From Candidatus Cottocaccamicrobium excrementipullorum (lineage in GTDB: Bacteria; Bacillota; Clostridia; Lachnospirales; Lachnospiraceae), in NCBI GenBank assembly GCA_018713255.1, contig DVFL01000023.1, positions 99,820 through 163,819 of the forward strand: a stretch of DNA of 64,000 nucleotides, in the 5' to 3' direction. The notes under the pieces were generated by a model. That model was not told where the DNA came from and searched no databases. It was given only the letters and a program-made list of their open reading frames with translations. Positions 27,724 to 38,153 of the stretch are shown in pieces; within the stretch, counting starts at the first letter, position 1; each line of letters begins with the position of its first letter. Position numbers and translations under genes: made by a program.

Positions 27724-28295
27724 TTCTGCTGATAGATAATTACGACAGTTTTTCCTATAACCTGTACCAGCTGCTGGGATCGATTAATCCGGATATCCAG
27801 GTGGTGAGAAATGACGCCGTGGGAGTAGACGAGATCCGAGAAATGAAGCCGGAGCTGATGGTTCTTTCTCCTGGTCCAGGAAGGCCGGAGCAGGCGGGAA
27901 TCTGCATTGAAGCGGTAAAGAAGCTGGGAGGAGAAATTCCTGTTCTCGGCGTCTGCCTGGGGCATCAGGCCATCTGCCGGGCTTATGGCGGGGCGGTTAC
28001 TTATGCACGGGAGCTGATGCATGGGAAAACTTCTCAGGTGCAGGTTGACCCTGGAGCATTGCTGTTTCAGGGATTAGGGCCGGAAATTACCGTGGGACGT
28101 TATCATTCCCTGGCGGTGGATCCAGAAACTATGCCGGACTGTCTGGCGGTAACGGCCAGGACGGCTGACGGGGAGATTATGGCAGTGGAACACAAGAAAT
28201 ATCCGGTGTACGGGGTGCAGTTTCACCCAGAATCCATTTTGACGCCTCAGGGGCGGCGGATGGTGGAAAATCTTCTGGAAGGTCTGAGAAGATAA
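27720..28295 (+). CDS. trpG: Anthranilate synthase component II (glutamine amidotransferase)
   Basis: MILLIDNYDSFSYNL, GVCLGHQ and QFHPES motifs. ATGA overlap with the trpE stop. Confidence 0.9.
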   Translation: MILLIDNYDSFSYNLYQLLGSINPDIQVVRNDAVGVDEIREMKPELMVLSPGPGRPEQAGICIEAVKKLGGEIPVLGVCLGHQAICRAYGGAVTYARELMHGKTSQVQVDPGALLFQGLGPEITVGRYHSLAVDPETMPDCLAVTARTADGEIMAVEHKKYPVYGVQFHPESILTPQGRRMVENLLEGLRR

Positions 28296-28391
28296 GAAAT
28301 TCTTCCTGTACTTAATGCTGTCAGGAAGAAAAGGTTTCTGATTAAGATTCGAAAACGAAAACAGTTCATTTCATCAAAAGGAGTAAAGGAT

Positions 28392-29417
28392 ATGATTCGG
28401 GAAGCAATTACAAAATTAGCGGCAAAGGAAAATTTAACGTACGAAGAGGCGGAGACCGTGATGAACGAGATTATGAGCGGCGAGGCCAGCCCGGTGCAGA
28501 TGAGCGCTTATCTGACTGCTTTAAGCCTGAAAGGGGAGACCATTGACGAGGTGACAGCCTCAGCAGCCGGAATGCGGAAACACTGTATCCGGCTTCTTCA
28601 CGATATGGATGTGCTGGAAATTGTGGGCACTGGGGGAGACGGTTCTAATTCCTTTAACATTTCCACCACATCTTCTCTGGTGATTTCGGCGGCAGGAGTT
28701 CCGGTGGCAAAGCACGGAAACCGGGCGGCATCCAGCCGGTGCGGCGCGGCAGATGTGCTGGAGGCTTTGGGAGTGGATATTGCGGTAAGTCCGCAGCGCA
28801 GCGCTCAGATCTTAAAGGAAATCGGCATTTGCTTTTTGTTCGCTCAGAATTACCATATTGCCATGAAATATGTGGCGCCGGTTCGCCGCGAGCTGGGAAT
28901 CCGGACCGTGTTTAATATTCTGGGCCCCCTGACTAATCCTGCAGGCGCGAATATGCAGGTAATGGGAGTTTACAATGAGGCCCTGGTGGAACCTCTGGCA
29001 AGGGTTTTAAATAATCTTGGCGTGGCCAGAGCTCTGGTGGTTTACGGCCGGGACTGTCTGGATGAAATTTCCATGAGCGAGTCCACGAAAATCTGCGAGG
29101 TGCGGGACGGAAAGTTTTCTTCCTACGAGATTACTCCAGAGCAGTTCGGCTTCACCCGCTGCAGGAAGGAGGATCTGGCAGGCGGCTCTCCCCAGGAAAA
29201 TGCAGCAATCACCCGAAAAATTCTTGGCGGTGAGAAGGGACCAAAGACTGATGCCGTTCTGCTGAATTCCGGGGCAGCTCTGTATATTGCCGGAAAGGCG
29301 TCTACGATTCAGGAGGGCATCGCTTTGGCGGAAAGAATGATCGAAGAGGGAGCGGCGGCCAGACAGCTGGACCGGTTCATTGCCTTGAGCCAGGAAGATG
29401 ATGAAAAAAGAGCCTGA
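28392..29417 (+). CDS. trpD: Anthranilate phosphoribosyltransferase
   Basis: [20 protein letters not shown] and NPAG motifs. Confidence 0.9.
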   Translation: MIREAITKLAAKENLTYEEAETVMNEIMSGEASPVQMSAYLTALSLKGETIDEVTASAAGMRKHCIRLLHDMDVLEIVGTGGDGSNSFNISTTSSLVISAAGVPVAKHGNRAASSRCGAADVLEALGVDIAVSPQRSAQILKEIGICFLFAQNYHIAMKYVAPVRRELGIRTVFNILGPLTNPAGANMQVMGVYNEALVEPLARVLNNLGVARALVVYGRDCLDEISMSESTKICEVRDGKFSSYEITPEQFGFTRCRKEDLAGGSPQENAAITRKILGGEKGPKTDAVLLNSGAALYIAGKASTIQEGIALAERMIEEGAAARQLDRFIALSQEDDEKRA

Positions 29418-29481
29418 GGCCGGGCGTGGAAGAAAAATAAGAGCGAAACAGCCGGAAGGCAGTGGAGAAAGGAGCGGCAGA

Positions 29482-30267
29482 ATGATTTTAGAGGAACTGG
29501 CAGCGGCTGCCCGGCAGCGCGTGGAAGAACAGAAAAAAGAGATTTCTCCCGCCGCCATGCGGCGGATGGCAGAGACCATGGAGAGCGGCGGAGGATTTCT
29601 CTTTGAGGAGGCTGTGAAAAGACCTGGACTTTCATTCATCTGTGAAGTAAAAAAAGCTTCCCCGTCCAAAGGGGTGATTGCAGAAGATTTTCCTTATCTG
29701 GAGATCGCCAGGGCGTACGAGGAGGCTGGAGCGTCGGCGCTTTCTGTGCTCACGGAACCTACCCGTTTCCTGGGGAAGGACGAATACCTTCAGGAAATTG
29801 CCGGAGCGGTGAAGCTTCCCGTCCTGCGGAAGGATTTTACGGTGGATGAGTACATGATTGATCAGGCAAAGGTGCTGGGCGCGTCGGCGGTGCTGCTGAT
29901 TTGCAGTCTGCTGAGCGCCGGACAGCTGAAGGAGTATTTGGAGAAGGCCCGCGGCCTGGGACTTTCTGCCCTGGTGGAGGCGCATACCAGCCAGGAAGTA
30001 GAGATGGGGCTTGAGGCAGGGGCCAGGATAATCGGGGTGAATAATCGGAATCTGAAGGATTTTACAGTAGACCTTGAAAATTCCTTGAGGCTTCGTCCCA
30101 TGGTTCCGCCTTCTGTAGGCTTTGTCTCGGAAAGCGGCATCCGAAGTGCTCAGGATTTAAAACGGCTTTATGAAAACGGCACTGATGGAGTGCTGATCGG
30201 GGAGGCTTTTATGCGCGCGTCAGATAAAAAAGCTCTTCTTACAGCTTTTCGGGAGGGCAGAGGATGA
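29482..30267 (+). CDS. trpC: Indole-3-glycerol phosphate synthase
   Basis: ICEVKKASPSKG, SVLTE, LRKDF and VGVNNRNL motifs. Start moved to the ATG at 29482 after AAAGGAG. Confidence 0.9.
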   Translation: MILEELAAAARQRVEEQKKEISPAAMRRMAETMESGGGFLFEEAVKRPGLSFICEVKKASPSKGVIAEDFPYLEIARAYEEAGASALSVLTEPTRFLGKDEYLQEIAGAVKLPVLRKDFTVDEYMIDQAKVLGASAVLLICSLLSAGQLKEYLEKARGLGLSALVEAHTSQEVEMGLEAGARIIGVNNRNLKDFTVDLENSLRLRPMVPPSVGFVSESGIRSAQDLKRLYENGTDGVLIGEAFMRASDKKALLTAFREGRG

Positions 30268-30908
30268 GGCGGACACGGGTAAAAATCTGCGGTCTGACCC
30301 GGATGGAGGATATTCAGGTGGTGAACCGGTGGAAGCCGGACTATGTGGGATTTGTGTTTGCAGAAAGCCGCCGCCGGATCAGCCCAGAAGAGGCAGGAAA
30401 GCTTAAAGCCATGCTGAGACCGGGAATTTTGGCAGTGGGAGTATTTGTTAACGGAGATCCGGAAGAAGAGGCCAGGCTGTATCGAGAGGGGGTTATCGAT
30501 CTGATTCAGCTTCATGGACAGGAGTCGGAAGCAGATATCCGCAGGGTAAAGATCCTTACCGGGGGAAAGGCGCCGGTGATCAAGGCGGTTTCCGTTGTCG
30601 GGCCGGAATCCATCAGAGCCTGGGCTGCCAGCAGCGCAGATTTTCTTCTTCTGGACAATGGGCCGGGAGGAACGGGTCAGGCTTTCGATTACCGGCTGAT
30701 TGAGGAAAATCTCCCGGAGAAGCCTTTTTTCCTTGCAGGAGGGCTGAATCCAGATAATGTGAGACAGGCAGTAAAGGCCTTAAGGCCCTTTGGGGCAGAC
30801 GTAAGCAGCGGAGTGGAAACCGACGGGCGGAAGGATGAAGAGAAGATCCGGCAGTTTATCCAGAACGCAAGGGAAAACGGATCAGGAACAATGAACACGA
30901 AAAGGTAA
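30264..30908 (+). CDS. trpF: Phosphoribosylanthranilate isomerase
   Basis: VKICGLT..., GFVF, LAGGLNPDNV. ATGA overlap with the trpC stop. Confidence 0.9.
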   Translation: MRRTRVKICGLTRMEDIQVVNRWKPDYVGFVFAESRRRISPEEAGKLKAMLRPGILAVGVFVNGDPEEEARLYREGVIDLIQLHGQESEADIRRVKILTGGKAPVIKAVSVVGPESIRAWAASSADFLLLDNGPGGTGQAFDYRLIEENLPEKPFFLAGGLNPDNVRQAVKALRPFGADVSSGVETDGRKDEEKIRQFIQNARENGSGTMNTKR

Positions 30909-30941
30909 ACCAAGAATGTTAAGTCAATGGAGGAAAGAATA

Positions 30942-32126
30942 ATGAGCAAGGGACGTTTCGGCATCCATGGAGGGCAGTATATTTCAGAAACTTTGATGAA
31001 CGAGCTGATCCGCCTGGAGGAAGCTTATGAATATTATAAACAGGATCCCCAGTTTAACCAGGAGTTAAACAAATTATTCCGGGAGTACGCCAATCGGCCT
31101 TCCCTTCTATATTTTGCGGAAAATATGACCAGGGATTTGGGAGGAGCCAGAGTTTATCTGAAACGGGAGGATTTAAATCATACCGGCGCCCACAAGATCA
31201 ACAATGTGCTGGGACAGGCTCTTTTGGCGAAGCGGATGGGAAAAACCAGATTGATTGCAGAAACCGGCGCCGGACAGCACGGAGTGGCCACAGCCACGGC
31301 GGCAGCCCTGATGGGAATGGAATGTGAAGTCTTTATGGGAAAAGAGGACACAGACCGCCAGGCTTTGAATGTGTACCGAATGGAGCTTTTAGGCGCAAAG
31401 GTACATCCGGTGACCACCGGGACCCAGACCTTGAAGGATGCGGTAAATGAGACGATGCGGGAGTGGAGCTGCCGGGTGGAGGACACCCATTATGTGCTGG
31501 GTTCTGTGATGGGCCCCCATCCTTTCCCTACCATTGTGCGGGATTTCCAGAGCATCATCAGCCGGGAAGCCAGAGAGCAGATTCTTGAGAGGGAAGGAAA
31601 ACTTCCCAAGGCGGTATTTGCCTGTGTAGGAGGCGGAAGCAACGCCATGGGAATGTTTTATCATTTTATTCCAGACGAGTCGGTGGAGTTAATCGGCTGT
31701 GAGGCTGCCGGAAGAGGGGTGGATACAAAGGAGACGGCGGCTACCATAGCCACAGGAAGCCTTGGGATTTTCCATGGCATGAAGTCCTATTTCTGTCAGG
31801 ATGAAAATGGGCAGATTGCTCCGGTATACTCGATTTCTGCCGGCCTGGACTATCCGGGAATCGGACCAGAGCACGCCTATCTCCACGACATCGGCAGGGC
31901 GAAGTATGTGCCGGTGACAGACGATGAGGCAGTAGACGCCTTTGAATACCTGGCCAGGACGGAAGGAATTATCTGCGCCATTGAAAGCGCCCATGCAGTG
32001 GCTTATGCCAGGAAGGTAATTCCCCAGATGGATCCTTCTGACAGCGTGATCATCTGCCTGTCAGGGCGCGGGGACAAGGATGTGGCTGCAATCGCCAGAT
32101 ACAGAGGGAGGGATATTCATGAGTAA
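30942..32126 (+). CDS. trpB: Tryptophan synthase beta chain
   Basis: [25 protein letters not shown] and GGGSNAMG motifs. ATG at 30942 follows GGAGGA. Confidence 0.9.
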   Translation: MSKGRFGIHGGQYISETLMNELIRLEEAYEYYKQDPQFNQELNKLFREYANRPSLLYFAENMTRDLGGARVYLKREDLNHTGAHKINNVLGQALLAKRMGKTRLIAETGAGQHGVATATAAALMGMECEVFMGKEDTDRQALNVYRMELLGAKVHPVTTGTQTLKDAVNETMREWSCRVEDTHYVLGSVMGPHPFPTIVRDFQSIISREAREQILEREGKLPKAVFACVGGGSNAMGMFYHFIPDESVELIGCEAAGRGVDTKETAATIATGSLGIFHGMKSYFCQDENGQIAPVYSISAGLDYPGIGPEHAYLHDIGRAKYVPVTDDEAVDAFEYLARTEGIICAIESAHAVAYARKVIPQMDPSDSVIICLSGRGDKDVAAIARYRGRDIHE

Positions 32127-32904
32127 GATTAAACAAGCATTTTCACACGGAAAGGCCTTTATCGGATTCCTCACAGCAGGAGATCCGTCGGCAGAGTGTA
32201 CTGTGGATTACATTTTGGCCATGGAGGAAGCAGGAGCAGATCTCATTGAGATTGGAATTCCCTTTTCTGATCCTACGGCGGAAGGCGTAGTGATTCAGGA
32301 AGCGAATCTTCGGGCTCTCCGGGCCGGCATGACCGTAGACGGAGTGTTTAGAATTGTGGAACAGGTACGGGAAAAAAGCCAGGTGCCGCTGGTGTTCCTA
32401 ACCTATTTAAATCCGGTGTTCCATTACGGCTACCAGGCATTTTTAGAGCGGTGCCAGGTCCTTGGAGTAGACGGACTGATTATTCCGGATCTCCCCTATG
32501 AAGAAAAGGGAGAACTGGCGCCCTTGGCTAAAACGTATGGAGTAGATGTGATTTCGATGATTGCTCCTACCTCCTGCCAGAGAATTCAGAAAATTGCGGC
32601 AGAGGCGGAAGGCTTTATCTATGTAGTATCCTCCATGGGAGTAACCGGCGTCCGGTCGGAGATTCAGACGGATCTGCAATCTATTGTGAAAACCATACGA
32701 GAAGTGACAGATACGCCGGCCGCCATTGGGTTCGGCATCAGCACGCCAAAGCAGGCGGAAGAGATGGCGGCGGTGGCTGACGGGGCGATTGTGGGAAGTG
32801 CCATTGTTAAGCTGATTGAGAAGAATCAGGATAAGGCAAGGGAACCGTTACTGGAATATGTACGGGAAATGAAGGCTGGAGTGAGAAAAGCGGATCGTAA
32901 TTGA
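32119..32904 (+). CDS. trpA: Tryptophan synthase alpha chain
   Basis: [25 protein letters not shown] and GFGIS motifs. The ATG at 32119 overlaps the trpB 3' end. Confidence 0.9.
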   Translation: MSKIKQAFSHGKAFIGFLTAGDPSAECTVDYILAMEEAGADLIEIGIPFSDPTAEGVVIQEANLRALRAGMTVDGVFRIVEQVREKSQVPLVFLTYLNPVFHYGYQAFLERCQVLGVDGLIIPDLPYEEKGELAPLAKTYGVDVISMIAPTSCQRIQKIAAEAEGFIYVVSSMGVTGVRSEIQTDLQSIVKTIREVTDTPAAIGFGISTPKQAEEMAAVADGAIVGSAIVKLIEKNQDKAREPLLEYVREMKAGVRKADRN

Positions 32905-32958
32905 CAAGGGCAGGACAGAGCAGGTAAAATGAAATATATGCTGCAAAACAGGAGGCGA

Positions 32959-33864
32959 ATGATGATTTACACAGTAACCTTGAACCCTGCTCTGGACTAT
33001 GTGGTCAGGGTAGAGCATTTTACTCCGGGCAAGGTAAACCGTACCGTAAAGGAAGAGATTTTCTACGGCGGGAAAGGCATTAATGTTTCAGCGGTTCTGG
33101 CGAATCTGGGGTATGAAAGCACTGCTTTAGGATTCGTGGCAGGCTTTACCGGACAGGAAATCCAGCGAGGAGTAAAAACCCTGGGCTTTACCTCGGATTT
33201 TATTTGGGTAAAAGAGGGGATGTCCCGGATCAATGTTAAGCTGAAATCTGATGAGGAAAGCGAGATTAACGGCATGGGACCTAAGATTACCCAGGAGGAT
33301 GTGGAGCTGCTTCTGCAAAAACTGGACAGCCTGAGAGAAGGGGATGTGCTGGTGCTTTCCGGAAGCGTTCCCTCCGGAGTGGATAAGGGGATCTATGAAA
33401 GAATAATGGCCAGACTTTCCGGCAGGGGGATTCAGATTGCAGTAGATGCGGAAAAAGATCTGCTCCTCAGGGTTTTGCCCTACCATCCGTTTTTGATCAA
33501 GCCGAACCATATTGAGCTGGGGGAGATGTTCGGTCAGGTTCTTAAGAATCAGGAGGAGATCCTTTGCTGCGGAAGAAGGCTTCAGCAGATGGGGGCCAGA
33601 AATGTACTGGTTTCCATGGCGGGAGACGGGGCGCTTCTTCTCACCCAGGAAGGCAGGATTTATGTCCAGCAGGCGGCAGAAGGCTGCGTGAGAAATTCTG
33701 TGGGAGCAGGAGATTCTATGGTTGCCGGATTCCTGGCAGGATACCTGGAAAATGGAAATTATGAGCATGGACTGAAACTGGGAACGGCGGCAGGGGGAGC
33801 CACTGCATTTTCCGATGGGTTAGGAACTGGGGAACAGATCCGAAAAGTATATCAAACACTTTAA
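32959..33864 (+). CDS. 1-phosphofructokinase-type PfkB family sugar kinase
   Basis: MIYTVTLNPALDY, GGKGINVS and GAGDSMVAGF motifs. Confidence 0.8.
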   Translation: MMIYTVTLNPALDYVVRVEHFTPGKVNRTVKEEIFYGGKGINVSAVLANLGYESTALGFVAGFTGQEIQRGVKTLGFTSDFIWVKEGMSRINVKLKSDEESEINGMGPKITQEDVELLLQKLDSLREGDVLVLSGSVPSGVDKGIYERIMARLSGRGIQIAVDAEKDLLLRVLPYHPFLIKPNHIELGEMFGQVLKNQEEILCCGRRLQQMGARNVLVSMAGDGALLLTQEGRIYVQQAAEGCVRNSVGAGDSMVAGFLAGYLENGNYEHGLKLGTAAGGATAFSDGLGTGEQIRKVYQTL

Positions 33865-33931
33865 TCAGCAGGCAGATATTCTGGTTTAATCCTGGGAACA
33901 GGAGAAAAAAGGAGATCTGCCTGATTTTTTT
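33864..33931 (+). terminator. Putative terminator after the kinase gene
   Basis: ATCAGCAGGCAGAT ... ATCTGCCTGAT followed by TTTTTTT. The loop is long. Confidence 0.45.
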
Positions 33932-33982
33932 GTCGATTAGTGTAAAAAGAGTAAAATTTTTGTAAAATAATAAAATAAAAAG

Positions 33983-34022
33983 TTATCAACAGAAAATTGT
34001 TGATAATGTGGATAATTATGTG
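33983..34022 (+). promoter_or_regulatory. Candidate Fur-family (Zur-like) operator region upstream of the zinc-uptake operon
   Basis: Perfect palindrome TTATCAACA-GAAAAT-TGTTGATAA (33983-34006), followed immediately by GATAAT-GTG-GATAAT-TAT. The GATAAT/TTATCA hexamers are Fur-family half-site-like. Confidence 0.4.
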
Positions 34023-34054
34023 GAAAAACAGCCTGTTATTGATTCTCGTTAGAA

Positions 34055-34084
34055 TTTACAAGACTGCGGGTTGTGTGTTATACT
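34055..34084 (+). promoter_or_regulatory. Candidate promoter of the zinc-uptake operon
   Basis: TTTACA (34055-34060), 18-nt spacer ending in TGT, TATACT (34079-34084), i.e. an extended -10. Confidence 0.45.
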
Positions 34085-34183
34085 AAGGGCCACGGTTTTG
34101 CAGTTAGATATTTATATAGGAAGAGCTGCGGCAGATACAGCTGCTGCGGATGAACGAAAACAAGCTAAGAACAGGAGGTTTGC

Positions 34184-35266
34184 ATGATCGGTTCTTTTTT
34201 TCCATGGAGATATGGGAGGGAAAAAGTCCCGGGGACAGGAACTGGAAAAGCGAGGGGAATCAGAATAGGAGTTCTGGTCTCAGTGCTAGTGATTCTTGGG
34301 GCGGGGCTGTGGGGATGCAGCAGGAAAGCAGAGTCCCCGGACGAAAGCACAGGGGATGGACGTTTAGTGGTATCTACTACGCTGTTTCCGTATTATGATT
34401 TCCTTCGGCAGGTAGCCGGAGATCGGGTGAAGCTGGAGTTGGTGGTGCCGGCGGGGATGGACAGCCATTCCTTTGAGCCCACCCCTGCAGATATCATTAA
34501 GATTCAGGAGTCGGATATTTTCATTTATAATGGCGGCCATATGGAGGCTTGGGTAGAAGAAATTCTGGATTCCTTGGATCAATCGGAAATTACTGCAGTA
34601 AGAATGATGGATTATGTGGATGTGCTGGAGGAAGAGCTGGTGGAGGGAATGGAAGATGCGGAGCACGATCATGACCATGATGAGGAGGACCATGAAGAAG
34701 AACTTCAGCCAGGACAGCTGGCTGAAGTGGAGTATGACGAACATATCTGGACTTCCCCGGTGAATGCCATGAAGCTTGTCCAGGTGATCTGTCAGACTCT
34801 TGTCCGTGAAGACCCAGGTAATCAGGAAGTTTATGAGGCCAATACCGCCGCCTATGAAGAGAAGCTTTCCCAGCTTGATCAAAAGTTTCGCGATGCAGTA
34901 GCAGCGGAAACCAGAGAGATGATTGTGGTAGCGGACCGATTCCCTTTTCGCTATCTGGTGGAAACCTACGGCATTGATTATCGGGCGGCATTTTCCGGCT
35001 GCAGCGGAGATACGGAGCCAAGCGCCAGAACCATTGCCTACTTAATTGACCAGGTGAGGGAAAAACAACTGCCGGCAGTGTATTATCTGGAGCTGTCCAG
35101 TCACCGGGTGGCTGAGATCATCAGCGAAGAAACAGGGGCCAAGCCTCTTCTTCTTCATTCCTGTCATAACGTAACCCGGCAGGAGTTTGATGAAGGAGTA
35201 ACATACCTTCAGCTGATGGAACAGAATGTGAAAAACCTGAGAATCGGTCTGGGAGCAGCAGAGTAA
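34184..35266 (+). CDS. Metal ABC transporter substrate-binding lipoprotein, ZnuA/AdcA-like with an acidic His-rich loop
   Basis: Cluster A-I SBP features (STTLFPYYDF, GMDSHSFEP, DEHIWTSP) and the loop EDAEHDHDHDEEDHEEE. Signal peptide with a LWGC lipobox. Confidence 0.85.
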   Translation: MIGSFFPWRYGREKVPGTGTGKARGIRIGVLVSVLVILGAGLWGCSRKAESPDESTGDGRLVVSTTLFPYYDFLRQVAGDRVKLELVVPAGMDSHSFEPTPADIIKIQESDIFIYNGGHMEAWVEEILDSLDQSEITAVRMMDYVDVLEEELVEGMEDAEHDHDHDEEDHEEELQPGQLAEVEYDEHIWTSPVNAMKLVQVICQTLVREDPGNQEVYEANTAAYEEKLSQLDQKFRDAVAAETREMIVVADRFPFRYLVETYGIDYRAAFSGCSGDTEPSARTIAYLIDQVREKQLPAVYYLELSSHRVAEIISEETGAKPLLLHSCHNVTRQEFDEGVTYLQLMEQNVKNLRIGLGAAE

Positions 35267-35330
35267 GCTTCCCCAGACAGAGATGAAAAAGTCTGGATGC
35301 TGTCTGAGATCTTTAGAAAGAGGAAAAAGA

Positions 35331-36041
35331 ATGAATGCGCTGATCAAGTGTGAACATGTGGATTTTGGATATGAAAACCATGATGCGGTTATTGATGTAA
35401 GCATGGAAATCAATCCGGGAGATTATTTGTGCGTTGTGGGAGAGAACGGTTCGGGAAAGAGCACGCTGATGAAGGGAATTTTAGGGCTGTTAAAGCCTAC
35501 GGCGGGAATTCTTCAGGTAGATGAAGAGCTTCGCCGTACCGGCATCGGCTACCTGCCCCAGCAGACCGCGGCCCAGAGAGATTTTCCCGCAACGGTTTAT
35601 GAAGTGGTGCGGTCCGGCTGCCTGAGCCATCTTGGCAAAAGACCCTTCTTTTCCCGGGCAGATAAGAAACTGGCCATGGAAAATATGGAGCGTCTCGGCA
35701 TCACCGGGCTGAAAAATAAATGCTACCGGGAGCTTTCCGGGGGACAGCAGCAGAGAGTGCTGATTGCCAGGGCGCTCTGCGCCACAAAAAAGCTGCTGAT
35801 TTTAGACGAACCCATTACCGGCCTGGATCCTTCTGCCATTCAGGAGCTGTATGCCCTGATTCGGAAATTGAACCGGGAAGACAAGGTGGCGATTTTGATG
35901 GTTTCACATGACGTACAGAATGTGGTTCATCAGGCCAATAAGATTCTTCATCTTCAGCAGCGGGTGCTGTTTTACGGAAGTGTGAAGGATTATGTCAAAA
36001 GCCGGGAAGGGCTGGAATTTTTAGGAGGTGATGAGGAATGA
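35331..36041 (+). CDS. Metal ABC transporter ATP-binding protein (ZnuC-like)
   Basis: Walker A GENGSGKST, signature LSGGQQQRV, Walker B LLILDEP. Confidence 0.85.
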   Translation: MNALIKCEHVDFGYENHDAVIDVSMEINPGDYLCVVGENGSGKSTLMKGILGLLKPTAGILQVDEELRRTGIGYLPQQTAAQRDFPATVYEVVRSGCLSHLGKRPFFSRADKKLAMENMERLGITGLKNKCYRELSGGQQQRVLIARALCATKKLLILDEPITGLDPSAIQELYALIRKLNREDKVAILMVSHDVQNVVHQANKILHLQQRVLFYGSVKDYVKSREGLEFLGGDEE

Positions 36042-36859
36042 GTCTGTTGATGGAAATGCTCTCTTATCCTTTTTTAGTGAGAGCTTTTGTGGGAGGAATT
36101 CTGGTTTCGCTCTGTGCCTCTCTGTTAGGGGTCAGCCTGGTGCTGAAGCGGTATTCCATGATCGGAGACGGCCTGTCCCATGTATCCTTCGGCGCTCTTT
36201 CCGTGGCCATCGCAGTGGGCTGGTCGCCTTTGGCGGTGTCTATTCCGGTGGTGGTGCTGGCGGCGTTTTTCCTGCTGCGGATTACAGAGAACGGCAGGAT
36301 GAAAAGCGATGCGGCCATTGCCATGATTTCCGCCAGCGCCCTGGCCATCGGCATTATCGTCACTTCCATGACCACAGGAATGACCACGGACATCAGCAGT
36401 TATATGTTCGGCAGTATTCTAGCCATGAGTCCCTCTGATGTGCGCCTTGCAGTTGTGCTGTCCCTGATTGTTTTGGGGCTGTTTATTTTCTGCTATCATA
36501 AGATGTTTGCAGTGACCTTTGACGAAAGCTTTGCCAGAGCCACAGGGGTGAAGGTGGGGCGCTATAATGTGCTGATCGCCATTTTGACGGCGGTGACCAT
36601 CGTGCTGGGCATGCGGATGATGGGAGCGATGCTGATTTCCAGCCTGATTATTTTTCCTGCCCTCACCTCCATGCGGATATTTAAAAGCTTTTTCGGAGTA
36701 GTGCTTTCTTCTGGCATTGTGTCAGTAGTCTGTTTTGCCATCGGAATGGTATTGTCTTATACTTTGTCTGCTCCGGCAGGAGCCAGCGTGGTGGTGGTCA
36801 ATTTGGCCTGCTTTCTTTTGTTTGGCGCCTGGCAGGCAGCAGGAAGGCTGCGGGGATAA
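36038..36859 (+). CDS. Metal ABC transporter permease (ZnuB-like)
   Basis: 273-aa polytopic ABC-3 family-like protein. 4-nt overlap with the ATPase gene. Confidence 0.85.
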   Translation: MSLLMEMLSYPFLVRAFVGGILVSLCASLLGVSLVLKRYSMIGDGLSHVSFGALSVAIAVGWSPLAVSIPVVVLAAFFLLRITENGRMKSDAAIAMISASALAIGIIVTSMTTGMTTDISSYMFGSILAMSPSDVRLAVVLSLIVLGLFIFCYHKMFAVTFDESFARATGVKVGRYNVLIAILTAVTIVLGMRMMGAMLISSLIIFPALTSMRIFKSFFGVVLSSGIVSVVCFAIGMVLSYTLSAPAGASVVVVNLACFLLFGAWQAAGRLRG

Positions 36860-37015
36860 GGCTGCAGGCAGACCATATCTTGACTTTCCGGCTTCTTTGT
36901 GCCAGAATAAAAAGCAGCGCAGACAAGCAGCCATGATGCGCTTGGCAGGCGGAAATTGATGAAAGGATATTTCGGCCCGGCAGGATTTTTAGGTTTAGAA
37001 AGAAGGAAAAATAAA

Positions 37016-38149
37016 ATGACAAAAATTGACGTAATATCTGGTTTCTTGGGAGCCGGTAAAACTACATTTATTAAAAAGCTTCTGGAGGAGGCCATTGCAG
37101 GAGAGCAGGTGGTGCTGATTGAGAATGAATTTGGTGAAATCGGCATTGACGGCGGATTTTTAAAGGATGCAGGCATTGAGATTCGGGAGATGAATTCTGG
37201 ATGTATCTGCTGTTCGCTGGTAGGTGATTTTGGAAAGTCACTTCAGGAAGTGATTACCCGCTATCAGCCTCAGCGGGTAATTATTGAGCCTTCAGGAGTG
37301 GGCAAGCTTTCTGATGTGATGAAAGCGGTTCGCGATGTATCTGCCGATCTGGACGTGACCTTAAACAGCTCAGTGACCGTGGTAGATGTTAAGAAGTGCA
37401 AGATGTACATGAAGAACTTCGGAGAATTTTTCAATAATCAGATTCAATATGCGGGAAATATTGTATTAAGCCGTACCGACATTGCGGATCACGATAAGGT
37501 AGAGGCCGCCGTGGCCATGATCCGGGAGCTGAATGATAAGGCATCAATCATTACCACCCCAATCGACCAGCTGACAGGAGCCCAGCTTTTGGAAATTATT
37601 GAAAAGCCGGACACCATGATGGAGGATCTGATGGCGGAGGTTCAGGAGCAGTACAGCGATCATGATCACCATCATCATCATGATGAGCACTGCGGCTGCG
37701 GCCATGACCATCATCATGAAGATCATGACCACGATCATGAGCATCATCATGATCACAGCCACGGCCATGAGGAGTGCTGCCATGAAGATCACGATCATCA
37801 CGATCACGACCACGGCGATTCTTGTTCCTGCGGCTGCCATGATCATGATCATCACCATCATCACGCAGACGAGGTGTTTACCAGCTGGGGGCTGGAGACG
37901 GCTGCTCCAGTTAAGAAGGAGGATCTGGAAAAGATTTTGGAAAGCCTGGCGGAGACGACCCATTACGGTGAAGTCCTGCGGGCTAAGGGAATGCTTCCCA
38001 CAGAAACTCCTGGCCAGTGGCTGTATTTTGATCTGGTTCCCGAGCAGTACGAGATTCGGGAAGGCAGCCCGGACTACACGGGAAAGGTGTGCGTAATTGG
38101 CGCTCGTCTTAAGGAAGATGAGTTAAACAAGGCGTTTGGCAGAGGATAA
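37016..38149 (+). CDS. COG0523/CobW family GTPase metallochaperone with a long His/Cys/Asp-rich insertion
   Basis: GFLGAGKTTF P-loop, CICCS (CxCC) motif, and a low-complexity run at about 37658-37865 from DHDHHHHHDEHCGCGHDHHHEDHDHDHEHHH to CSCGCHDHDHHHHH. Confidence 0.85.
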   Translation: MTKIDVISGFLGAGKTTFIKKLLEEAIAGEQVVLIENEFGEIGIDGGFLKDAGIEIREMNSGCICCSLVGDFGKSLQEVITRYQPQRVIIEPSGVGKLSDVMKAVRDVSADLDVTLNSSVTVVDVKKCKMYMKNFGEFFNNQIQYAGNIVLSRTDIADHDKVEAAVAMIRELNDKASIITTPIDQLTGAQLLEIIEKPDTMMEDLMAEVQEQYSDHDHHHHHDEHCGCGHDHHHEDHDHDHEHHHDHSHGHEECCHEDHDHHDHDHGDSCSCGCHDHDHHHHHADEVFTSWGLETAAPVKKEDLEKILESLAETTHYGEVLRAKGMLPTETPGQWLYFDLVPEQYEIREGSPDYTGKVCVIGARLKEDELNKAFGRG

Positions 38150-38153
38150 GAGA

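Noticed and set aside
37544-38096. 139-aa minus-strand and 144-aa plus-strand ORFs rich in Met/Ile/Val or Ile/Thr/Met
   Set aside because: They are alternative-frame readings of the CAT/CAC/GAT-repeat region that encodes the His-rich tract of the COG0523 protein.
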